IMG/VR virus record: IMGVR_UViG_3300045988_117093
Coordinates: 1-15,876 of that record
Origin: a virus
DNA: 15,876 bases
Strand: one strand, 5' to 3'
In this document: positions 7,935 to 14,449 of the stretch, one piece after another
Position numbering within the stretch: the stretch's first letter is position 1
How the letters are laid out: each line of letters begins with the position of its first letter
Notes under the pieces: generated by a model
The model's input: only the letters and a program-made list of their open reading frames with translations
Database searches by the model: none
Told to the model about the DNA's origin: nothing
Position numbers and translations under genes: made by a program

Positions 7935-8924
7935 TTAAATCGTGTATAACATATCTTTCGCGTAAACGATTTCAATTCCACAAGCGCGCGCCAGTCCTCC
8001 GCCAAATGTTCCTGGGTGTTCCACCCCGTTCGGGTCTTTCCCCTGCAATAAGCATAAGATTTCAAGCGCTGTGACTAAGTACTGTGTTTCCCCTCGTTTC
8101 ACATAATGCCGACCTGCTTTCGCTTTTGTCTTTTTACCAACAAGTCCGTCCTCTGCAATCGTACGGCCGTAATCCATGTTCATAGCATGTTGCACTACGC
8201 GCACCGCCATTCTTTTTGTGTTTCTTCCAACAATGCCGTCAACTGCGATTTGAACACCTGTAAAATTAATGGCGTGTTGCTGTCCCATGGCAACCAGTTC
8301 ATTTCTTGGGGTTGTGTGCGTTGGTGGACTCTGTGGAACATTAGGTACAAGATTTGAAGTTCCATAGTCTTTATAAACATGGTTCACATCACATCTGCCA
8401 TTAATACCGTCAACAGTTCCATTACTGGAATACTGCCAAATGTCTACATTGTCTACACCTAACACATTCGCATACCGAGCAATCCACAAGTCATATCCCC
8501 AAGTCTCACCGATGTATTTTTCGTACCACGATTTACTAGCGTAAATTCCAGCTTTATATCCATGCGTCAGCATAGCATCACAAAAACGCTTTGCGTTGTG
8601 CTTTGCTACAGACTGTGTTCCTTTTTCCTCGCTGTCGAAAAATACAGGTAAATTAGGAGTGTGCCCCTGTAATAATCTAAGGCAGTGATTGATTTCACCC
8701 TCAATTCTAGCTGTTGTTTTTGCGTAGGAATAAAAATAAACCCCATATGGAATACCCAATCGCTCGCATTCACTCACGTTTCGACTCCATTGTTTATCGT
8801 CTTGTGATGTCATATCCTGTCCATATCCGCATCGAATAATCACATAATCGACAGCGTTTTTTAATCGTTCAAAATCAATCACTCCATTATGATACGAGAT
8901 GTCAACCGCTTTTTTTACACTCAT
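7935..8924 (-). CDS. Endolysin: GH25 muramidase plus C-terminal PG_binding_1-like domain (329 aa)
   Basis: DISYHNGVIDFERLKNAVDYVIIRCGYG, FDSEE and IWQYSSNGTVDGINGRCDVNHVY are typical GH25 blocks. A Pro/Thr linker follows, then DGIVGRNTKRMAV...DGLVGKKTKAKAG repeats typical of the peptidoglycan-binding domain. Confidence 0.9.
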   Translation of the reverse strand: MSVKKAVDISYHNGVIDFERLKNAVDYVIIRCGYGQDMTSQDDKQWSRNVSECERLGIPYGVYFYSYAKTTARIEGEINHCLRLLQGHTPNLPVFFDSEEKGTQSVAKHNAKRFCDAMLTHGYKAGIYASKSWYEKYIGETWGYDLWIARYANVLGVDNVDIWQYSSNGTVDGINGRCDVNHVYKDYGTSNLVPNVPQSPPTHTTPRNELVAMGQQHAINFTGVQIAVDGIVGRNTKRMAVRVVQHAMNMDYGRTIAEDGLVGKKTKAKAGRHYVKRGETQYLVTALEILCLLQGKDPNGVEHPGTFGGGLARACGIEIVYAKDMLYTI

Positions 8925-8927
8925 TTT

Positions 8928-9152
8928 TTAATCCTCCTTTTTCTGTTCAAATGTATCACAAATGCGCTGTAACGCAAGTGTGTTATTATTCACTGCTTCT
9001 GTAATGTCTGACATTTCTTGCTTGTGTGACTCGTTTAGTTTATCCATGCGTGCGTCATTCTTATCTTCTCGATATTTCACATACCACATAGACGCAATTG
9101 CTACAACTGTAGGCAGTCCCAACGTGTTAATAGCTGCCATGATTTCTTGCAT
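8928..9152 (-). CDS. Holin, BhlA/UviB-like (74 aa; one N-terminal TM plus a charged coiled tail)
   Basis: TM segment LGLPTVVAIASMWYV is followed by KYREDKNDARMDKLNESHKQ. The gene lies immediately upstream of the endolysin and is translationally coupled to it, with RBS GGAGG 7 nt upstream. Confidence 0.6.
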   Translation of the reverse strand: MQEIMAAINTLGLPTVVAIASMWYVKYREDKNDARMDKLNESHKQEMSDITEAVNNNTLALQRICDTFEQKKED

Positions 9153-9172
9153 GATACCACCTCCTTTTTTCT

Positions 9173-9201
9173 ATCATAACACAAATAGAATTATTTGTAA
9201 A
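9173..9201 (-). promoter_or_regulatory. Candidate late (lysis plus structural operon) promoter
   Basis: On the minus strand: TTTACA (9196..9201), 17-nt spacer, TGtTATGAT (-10 at 9173..9178). The predicted start near 9166 leaves only ~2 nt before the holin SD, which lowers confidence. Confidence 0.45.
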
Positions 9202-9202
9202 T

Positions 9203-9353
9203 AAAAAATGTTTCACGTGAAACACTATCACGTGAAACATATTGTACGTTACAAAATAATCAATGCAAAGGGAACGCAACGCCAAAAATTGATATCAGAC
9301 TACTTGTCTATGTGCGTGTATATCAATTACAATGCCTGTATTATTTTGGGTAC
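9203..9353 (-). ncRNA. Candidate ~150-nt structured small RNA (possible pRNA analogue); hypothesis only
   Basis: It has a consensus promoter upstream and a predicted start at G 9353. A 5'/3' closing helix is formed by 9340..9348 with 9252..9260 (9 bp) plus GUAC 9350..9353 with 9244..9247. An inner hairpin pairs 9320..9327 with 9288..9295. A palindrome hairpin plus U6 sits at the 3' end. The region has no ORF. Confidence 0.3.
9209..9240. promoter_or_regulatory. Palindromic motif locus c: full site plus adjacent half site
   Basis: TGTTTCACGTGAAACA (9209..9224) and ctatCACGTGAAACAT (9229..9240), with centres 15 bp apart. The locus lies directly upstream of the -35 at 9196..9201. On the minus strand the full site is followed by T6 (9203..9208). 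Confidence 0.6.
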
Positions 9354-9359
9354 GATATT

Positions 9360-9388
9360 ATGATAACATATATCATTTGAAATGTCAA
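9360..9388 (-). promoter_or_regulatory. Near-consensus extended -10 promoter in the ATPase-holin gap
   Basis: On the minus strand: TTGACA (9383..9388), 17-nt spacer, TGtTATCATAAT (-10 at 9360..9365). The architecture is nearly identical to the ITR promoters. Confidence 0.65.
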
Positions 9389-9406
9389 TGTTTCACGTGA
9401 AACATT
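9387..9406. promoter_or_regulatory. Palindromic motif locus b: perfect 20-bp palindrome
   Basis: AATGTTTCACGTGAAACATT overlaps the ATPase stop codon (9405..9407) at one end and the -35 hexamer (9383..9388) at the other. Confidence 0.6.
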
Positions 9407-10448
9407 AAAAAGATATCACATCAAATATCATGTTCTTACACTCTAAATTTTCAAACAGAAGTAACCCTCTGTTAAAATATTCTCGTAACATTGTAACAAT
9501 GTAATGCGTTGAATTGACACGAATAGCCGTATTATCTATGACATCAGTTTTTGTAAAGCATATCCTTGTTGGAAAACTATCGTCCGCCCCTGTTGCCACA
9601 TATAGGCAAACATCATATTTTCTGACATTATATAAATTATCATTATATTTAATTGTACAAATATAACGAGACTGCCCACTTGGTTTACCAATCAAACATT
9701 CGTTATCGTTTAGATATTTGTTTTCGCTCGCATATTCGTTATATTCAGCACCTCGAAAAGCTCTTGCAATAGCACTTTCTTTATACGCGGTTGAAGCGCT
9801 TTCATTATAAGTTCTTTCAAACACCCAACCATCACCACGTAAAAATTTGGTGTCTCTCTTTAACATTTTATTGATACCAAACACGCTATAATAAGGGTTT
9901 AACAAAGATACTGTATTCGATGCCATATATAGCATAACTCTCCTGTGCTGTTTACCGTGACCCGAACTAATTGTAGTGAGCAACGATAATAATTTGTTTA
10001 CTTCGTTTGGTAAATATATATTATCTTCATCTTGGTATTCGTCAAAAAACACAGAACGAATATTGACAAACAACCCACGCATTTTTTTATACTTTCTCGC
10101 TACGGACAAAGCTAAGCAATAACCACACGGCTCTTCATTGATAAATAACTGTACTAATGCACCTCGCATCAAGCTTTTTTCAGTCATAACATAACCGTCA
10201 AATTTTTCCGCTATATCCCCAAAATAGGTATCAGCACAGTTTTTCATATCAACAACATTACGATATAAATAAATGAACTGATTTTCCGGTCTGTATTTAT
10301 CTTTTAAAAAGTCAGAAACTTGCCGACACTTAATAGAATAACTTTTACCCGCTGTTCTGTTGCCGTCCACAATAAAAATGTCGGGTGTATTCCCGTATTT
10401 ATCTTTCATAGTTAATAATCTCTCACAGTGATAATAACCATCATTCAT
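9405..10448 (-). CDS. DNA encapsidation (packaging) ATPase, phi29 gp16-like (347 aa)
   Basis: Walker A GNRTAGKSY, QFIYLYRN, Walker B SVFFDEY, YLPNEVNKLLSLLTTI and NTVSLLNPYY parallel gp16 (GARGIGKSY, QFIYVRRY, TIVFDEF, YIPNEVSALLNLMDTV, NAVSVVNPYF). I chose ATG 10448 (GGAGGTG 9 nt upstream). The ORF-track start at 10478 lies inside the palindrome half site. Confidence 0.92.
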   Translation of the reverse strand: MNDGYYHCERLLTMKDKYGNTPDIFIVDGNRTAGKSYSIKCRQVSDFLKDKYRPENQFIYLYRNVVDMKNCADTYFGDIAEKFDGYVMTEKSLMRGALVQLFINEEPCGYCLALSVARKYKKMRGLFVNIRSVFFDEYQDEDNIYLPNEVNKLLSLLTTISSGHGKQHRRVMLYMASNTVSLLNPYYSVFGINKMLKRDTKFLRGDGWVFERTYNESASTAYKESAIARAFRGAEYNEYASENKYLNDNECLIGKPSGQSRYICTIKYNDNLYNVRKYDVCLYVATGADDSFPTRICFTKTDVIDNTAIRVNSTHYIVTMLREYFNRGLLLFENLECKNMIFDVISF

Positions 10449-10465
10449 AATTTTAGCACCTCCAT

Positions 10466-10478
10466 TCACGTGAAACAT
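10466..10478. promoter_or_regulatory. Palindromic motif locus a: half site
   Basis: attCACGTGAAACATTT has a perfect right half. It lies between the early terminator and the ATPase RBS. Confidence 0.45.
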
Positions 10479-10488
10479 TTATTTTATA

Positions 10489-10515
10489 AAAGAGGTGGCA
10501 TATAGCCACCCCTTT
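10489..10515 (-). terminator. Intrinsic terminator at the end of the early (replication) operon
   Basis: The minus-strand RNA AGGGGUGGC-UAUAU-GCCACCUCU gives 9 bp including one G-U, followed by UUUAUAAAAU. On the plus strand the same position is an A-C mismatch, so the hairpin is oriented for minus-strand transcription. Confidence 0.7.
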
Positions 10516-10554
10516 AGAAGAAGAGAATTAAAATGGTATTCTCACGACATCATT

Positions 10555-10905
10555 TTATAAATTTGATACATCTAAGGTACAATTGATATAATCGCGCCCT
10601 GCTTTTGTCTTTCCACTAATTTTAATGATAGAAAATTTTTCACCGTCCATAACACTTTCAATATCTTTCAAAGACTGTCTAAAGGTTGCGGACTGTCCCG
10701 AATAAACTTTCTTATCGGGTGTGATAATACTCACAATCTCCTGCACGTCTCCGTTGTCTTTGATGTCATTAAAAATGATAAAACCGTCAACCTCGATAGA
10801 CTGCCCGTCATCAATATTTTTTAATGGCTCAATGTCGGGTGCTGTGGTCATTAAATACTTTTCAACCTTTGTAAACTCTCTGCTCATTTCTTTAATTTCT
10901 ACCAT
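10555..10905 (-). CDS. Putative ssDNA-binding protein, phi29 p5-like (116 aa)
   Basis: Size and pattern resemble p5: IVSIITPDKKVYSGQSATFRQSLKDIESV...FSIIKISGKTKAGRDYINCTLDV versus TTIFAADGSLYSAISKTVAEAASDLIDLV...FKVKVVQGTSSKGNVFFSLQL. This is a by-eye match only. Confidence 0.5.
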   Translation of the reverse strand: MVEIKEMSREFTKVEKYLMTTAPDIEPLKNIDDGQSIEVDGFIIFNDIKDNGDVQEIVSIITPDKKVYSGQSATFRQSLKDIESVMDGEKFSIIKISGKTKAGRDYINCTLDVSNL

Positions 10906-10929
10906 GTTATTTACCTCCTGTTTTTCCTT

Positions 10930-11229
10930 TTAATCTTCCTTTTTCATTTCCTGTAACTCTGCTTCGGTAACAATTTTTTCGCTCTTGACATCAGAATTGA
11001 GTAAAAACTGCTCGTCCGTCATTGCGCGTTTTTCCAATTTAAATTTAATATCTAAAATAGAAACAATATCTCCTTTGTACTGCTTTTCAATCAAGATTTC
11101 CGCTTTGTCTCTAGTCCTGCAATTTGGCAGTTTTTCGTCAAAGCAATCTTTCTTGATTTCGCCTGTCTCCTTGTCTTTGTAGACTCTTTCTACAGATACC
11201 TCCGCTGTGACTAATGTCCTTGTAAACAT
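10930..11229 (-). CDS. Putative dsDNA-binding / origin-organising protein, phi29 p6-like (99 aa)
   Basis: EKQYKGDIVSILDIKFKLEKRAMTDEQFL versus p6 KRKYKGEPVQVVSVEPNTEVYELPVEKFL. The size is similar and both have an acidic C-terminal tail. This is a by-eye match only. Confidence 0.45.
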   Translation of the reverse strand: MFTRTLVTAEVSVERVYKDKETGEIKKDCFDEKLPNCRTRDKAEILIEKQYKGDIVSILDIKFKLEKRAMTDEQFLLNSDVKSEKIVTEAELQEMKKED

Positions 11230-11297
11230 CTTGTTTTCCTCCTTTTTTCTGTGTTCTGTGAGTGTGAATGCAATGTAATATGTTTTATTACATTATT

Positions 11298-11326
11298 ATA
11301 ATATCACATTCATAAAATAATTGCAA
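11298..11326 (-). promoter_or_regulatory. Extended -10 promoter (copy B of the duplicated promoter)
   Basis: On the minus strand: TTGCAA (11321..11326), 17-nt spacer, TGaTATTATAAT (-10 at 11298..11303). Confidence 0.65.
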
Positions 11327-11329
11327 GTA

Positions 11330-11569
11330 TTATTTTATAACTTTTCTGCTATCTTTTGATTGGCATTGCATAACACCAAACTTGCTATTAATTATTCTTT
11401 TATACTGTTCTTTTGTTAAATTGCTCATGGTTGCCCCTCCAACCCAATAACAAAAACTCATAGGGTACTCACTATTCATTTCTTGATTGCTCAATCCTGT
11501 TAAATGTATGCTATCAGTATCCGCATAGCATAATCTTTCTTTATTTTCTAAAGTATCAATCATAAACAC
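11330..11569 (-). CDS. Open, RBS-equipped fragment paralogous to the DNA polymerase C-terminus (79 aa; possibly a gene remnant)
   Basis: NKERLCYADTDSIHLTGLSNQEMNSEYPMSFCYWVGGAT aligns with polymerase NKERFCYADTDSIHLIGLEDAEMVIEHPTNFCCWGCEAT, then MSNLTKEQY with MSKSAKEQF. The KTY-containing segment is deleted in frame. Start is GTG 11569 (6 nt after GGAGG) or ATG 11563. Confidence 0.6.
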   Translation of the reverse strand: MFMIDTLENKERLCYADTDSIHLTGLSNQEMNSEYPMSFCYWVGGATMSNLTKEQYKRIINSKFGVMQCQSKDSRKVIK

Positions 11570-11637
11570 CTTTTTCCTCCTTTTTTACTTACTTAACTGT
11601 GAATTGCAACGTAATATGTTTTATTTATTACATTATT

Positions 11638-11666
11638 ATAATAACACATTCGTAATATAATTGAAA
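11638..11666 (-). promoter_or_regulatory. Extended -10 promoter (copy A), directly after the polymerase stop codon
   Basis: On the minus strand: TTTCAA (11661..11666), 17-nt spacer, TGtTATTATAAT (-10 at 11638..11643). Confidence 0.6.
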
Positions 11667-11669
11667 GTA

Positions 11670-13556
11670 TTATATTGTAACTTTTTTATCTTTTTGCTGA
11701 TGTATCTTAAATGTTTTATTCCTAAGCACAATACCTCCTTTTACTCGCTCTGACTTTAAATTACAGTTATACAATTCCAAATCTGTAGTTAATTCTTTTA
11801 TGTCACGGTTTTCTGCAATGAACTGTTCTTTCGCTGATTTGCTCATGCCACACGCTTTAATATCTAAATATGGTGTATCAACTGACTCTCTGTTCTCGGC
11901 TACAATATGTTCTGCATATGTTTTTTGTCGCTCATAATATGCAAAGTCAAATGTTGCCTCGCAACCCCAACAGCAAAAATTTGTAGGATGCTCAATAACC
12001 ATTTCCGCATCTTCCAAACCAATCAAATGAATACTATCAGTATCAGCGTAGCAAAATCTTTCTTTATTTGCTAATGCGTGCCTTATCGTAAAATTCATAG
12101 CGTATGATGTAATGGCAGAACCTATCGGAATATATCCAACTCCTTTTTCATGCTCCTCGTGCAAGATAAATCTAACAACACCGTTTTCATCAAGATATGG
12201 CTCTTTATAAGATGAGTTATCAGACATTGCAAATTTTCCATAAAGGTTATTCAAAAACAGTTTTGCCAACTGACGAGAAAAGCCTTTACTGTTCTTTTTC
12301 ATTTCTGCATACTTATCAATATAAGCATCAAAAAATCCATCACGGGCATAAAACCATACATAATCATGTATCTCTAAATCATAAATTTCATAAGTATCAT
12401 TAAATAATTCCCAGTCTGTGCAAGTCATGGTCAATGTTACTTTTGTGTCGCACATATTACCGTCAGCGTCTCTATAATATCTATAATATTGCCCTTTGTA
12501 TCTAACATCAGATGTATATAAATTTTCGTTCGACTTGTACAATGCACTATGTCTAATATGCACCCAGGGAAAAGCGTTCTCTTTTACTCTAAATCTACAA
12601 GTAAAGCGGATAAAATAATACTTATTATCTGCTTTTACTAAATCTATAGGTGGCGCTCCTTTGTGATATTCTCCATGTCCAAATGGGTATTTATTGCCAC
12701 TCATGCTATGCATCATAGACGGATAAAGAGAATTTACATCATATACAAGACCCTCTCCGACTACAATATGTGCAAATTTTGGGTTCAGATAGCACCACCC
12801 ACCGTGATACGATTTATGAACATAATCCCAAATGTTCCATACACCCGTCACATCTTCGTCTAAATAATCCTCTCTTAAATCAGGGAACAATCTTTTATAA
12901 TCCTTTAAATCATAATCTGCTTTAAATTCTGATAAACAACAAGAGCCGATTGTGAGCTTTTGATGTCCCGCATCAAACATCATTTCAAGAGCTTCTTTTA
13001 ATACTAGTACATCATTTTCAATATACTTTTTCTCTTCTTCCGTGATGTTACAATATGCATATCGCATACCTGTATAAACCATTTCTAACTTTTTATGCTT
13101 TGTCTTAAAAGATTTAGCTATGTTATTGAGTGATGATGGCATTAATTTCAACGAGTTTCGTATTTCGATAAAGTTCTTGTTCCATTTTAATTTTATCCAG
13201 TACCACGAACCCAAATCTGAAATACAAGTCTGAAAAGTCTTACTTCTCATTTCCTTATCTTTACAATGTACCCATTTCCAGTTCTCTTTTAATAAAAAAT
13301 CAACAATAAAAGAACCGTCAAAAGATAGATTATGAAAATATAATATATTGTTGCCTCCCATGGTTAAAAACCGATTTAAAAAGTCTCTAATCGAATGAGT
13401 AATTGTAACTGTTTCACTGTTATCATAAAGAGCAACGTCAGCGGCAGACCATACCTCTGTACAGTCTTGCTTTTTTCTTAATTGGTTTTCTAATTCCTCT
13501 CCCCACACGGTCGTCTCGAAATCGCAAGCCCAATATGTAACATTTTTCTTTTTCAT
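11670..13556 (-). CDS. Protein-primed family B DNA polymerase, phi29 gp2-like (628 aa)
   Basis: ExoI CDFETT, ExoII YFHNLSFDGSFI, ExoIII YIENDVLVLKEAL, motif A DVNSLYPSMM, motif B KLFLNNLYGKFA, motif C YADTDSIHL and KxY QKTYAEHI all closely parallel phi29 DNA polymerase. Confidence 0.97.
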   Translation of the reverse strand: MKKKNVTYWACDFETTVWGEELENQLRKKQDCTEVWSAADVALYDNSETVTITHSIRDFLNRFLTMGGNNILYFHNLSFDGSFIVDFLLKENWKWVHCKDKEMRSKTFQTCISDLGSWYWIKLKWNKNFIEIRNSLKLMPSSLNNIAKSFKTKHKKLEMVYTGMRYAYCNITEEEKKYIENDVLVLKEALEMMFDAGHQKLTIGSCCLSEFKADYDLKDYKRLFPDLREDYLDEDVTGVWNIWDYVHKSYHGGWCYLNPKFAHIVVGEGLVYDVNSLYPSMMHSMSGNKYPFGHGEYHKGAPPIDLVKADNKYYFIRFTCRFRVKENAFPWVHIRHSALYKSNENLYTSDVRYKGQYYRYYRDADGNMCDTKVTLTMTCTDWELFNDTYEIYDLEIHDYVWFYARDGFFDAYIDKYAEMKKNSKGFSRQLAKLFLNNLYGKFAMSDNSSYKEPYLDENGVVRFILHEEHEKGVGYIPIGSAITSYAMNFTIRHALANKERFCYADTDSIHLIGLEDAEMVIEHPTNFCCWGCEATFDFAYYERQKTYAEHIVAENRESVDTPYLDIKACGMSKSAKEQFIAENRDIKELTTDLELYNCNLKSERVKGGIVLRNKTFKIHQQKDKKVTI

Positions 13557-13558
13557 GA

Positions 13559-14251
13559 TTATTCTCTTTCTATAATATTATCTTGCATATTTATAAATTG
13601 TTGGAAATCCTCACTATTTTCAAAAAATTTCATTTTTTTAAGAATATTTGAAAAAACTGCATCAATCGTTGCTTTATCCATGTATGGCTCAGTTGGGAAT
13701 ACTTCGGGTGCATTTTTATATGTGTAGCCAAACAATGCTCGTTCTGTGTCAGTAGCAGTAGCCAGTAGTGCGTCTGTTTTCATTCTTAAATAATGTGCTG
13801 TAAATGGTACAAAACTATCTAAACTATCATACCACATATCAATATATAGGTCATAATCGGGTACTGGTGCAAAGTCACGTATTAGAACACCTGTGGATTT
13901 TAATTCTTTTAACCCTTTTAAAGTGGTAATATTATTTTGTCGAGCATAATCCTGTTCAAAAGGTACTAACGATGCAAAAACTCTGTTCAAAGCTAATACA
14001 TTTTTTCTTTCCTTTTCTGATTTAATAATAAGCTCGCCTGTTAATAAATTAACAACGGGTGCGTTTTCTTTAATCACTTTCGCTGTCTGTTTTTTAAGCT
14101 TTTCAATACTTGTCTTTTTCGGTACTTTTACTTTCTGTATCGCCTTGACTAGCACGCCTTGCTCGACCTGTCTTTGTACACGTCTTAAATAATTCTTATA
14201 CTCTTTATTGTATAATTTTTGTAATTCAGATACTTTCCTTTTTCTACTCAT
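13559..14251 (-). CDS. Putative terminal protein (230 aa)
   Basis: The gene lies immediately upstream of, and is coupled to, the protein-primed polymerase, as in phi29 genes 3 and 2. It has a very basic N-terminal third and a size in the TP range. I used ATG 14251 (AAAGGTGA upstream); the ORF-track start at 14257 is TTG. I recognise no sequence motif. Confidence 0.55.
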   Translation of the reverse strand: MSRKRKVSELQKLYNKEYKNYLRRVQRQVEQGVLVKAIQKVKVPKKTSIEKLKKQTAKVIKENAPVVNLLTGELIIKSEKERKNVLALNRVFASLVPFEQDYARQNNITTLKGLKELKSTGVLIRDFAPVPDYDLYIDMWYDSLDSFVPFTAHYLRMKTDALLATATDTERALFGYTYKNAPEVFPTEPYMDKATIDAVFSNILKKMKFFENSEDFQQFINMQDNIIERE

Positions 14252-14435
14252 AATCAATCACCTTTTTCAATAATAGACCATTAGGGACACGTGTATACTC
14301 GATATAATCTCCTGCGTGTATATCTAAATCTCGAATTGCTTCTTTTGGTATCATAACTCGTGCGGTATATCCGCCTGTTCCGCCTTTTGTAAACATTACT
14401 TTGTAACGCAATAATTGGTTTGTTAATTTTGCCAT
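14244..14435 (-). CDS. AbrB/SpoVT (MazE-like swapped-hairpin) DNA-binding protein (63 aa)
   Basis: ARVMIPKEAIRDLDIHAGDYIEYTRVPNGLLLKKV fits the SpoVT-AbrB consensus (v-IPkeir..l.i..GD.ie......g.i.l.k). It overlaps the TP start by 8 nt. Confidence 0.6.
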   Translation of the reverse strand: MAKLTNQLLRYKVMFTKGGTGGYTARVMIPKEAIRDLDIHAGDYIEYTRVPNGLLLKKVIDYE

Positions 14436-14449
14436 GTGTTTTTTCCTCC

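Larger units (their letters stand above)
11231..12085. repeat. Diverged tandem duplication: [polymerase 3' end + promoter + leader + RBS] x 2
   Basis: Copy B (about 11231..11560) aligns with copy A (about 11571..12085) at roughly three quarters nucleotide identity by eye, with two internal deletions in copy B. The intergenic parts (11240..11329 versus 11585..11669) are clearly homologous. Confidence 0.8.

Noticed and set aside
7778-8065. Minus-strand 95-aa ORF spanning the endolysin / tail hydrolase junction.
   Set aside because: It overlaps the 3' end of one real gene and the 5' end of another in a different frame, and it has no RBS. It reads through the palindrome locus (NVSRETF is just the palindrome translated).
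9288-9327. Hairpin ATTGATAT...ATATCAAT followed by T5 on the minus strand, read as an intrinsic terminator for a ~70-nt RNA.
   Set aside because: The stem is 8 bp with a single G-C pair and a 24-nt loop, too weak for a confident terminator. I kept it only as an internal element of the candidate structured RNA.
14288-14293. An eighth CACGTG (GGACACGTGTAT) inside the AbrB-like gene.
   Set aside because: The flanks do not match TTTCACGTGAAA. One or two chance CACGTG hexamers are expected at this composition, so it is not counted as a motif copy.
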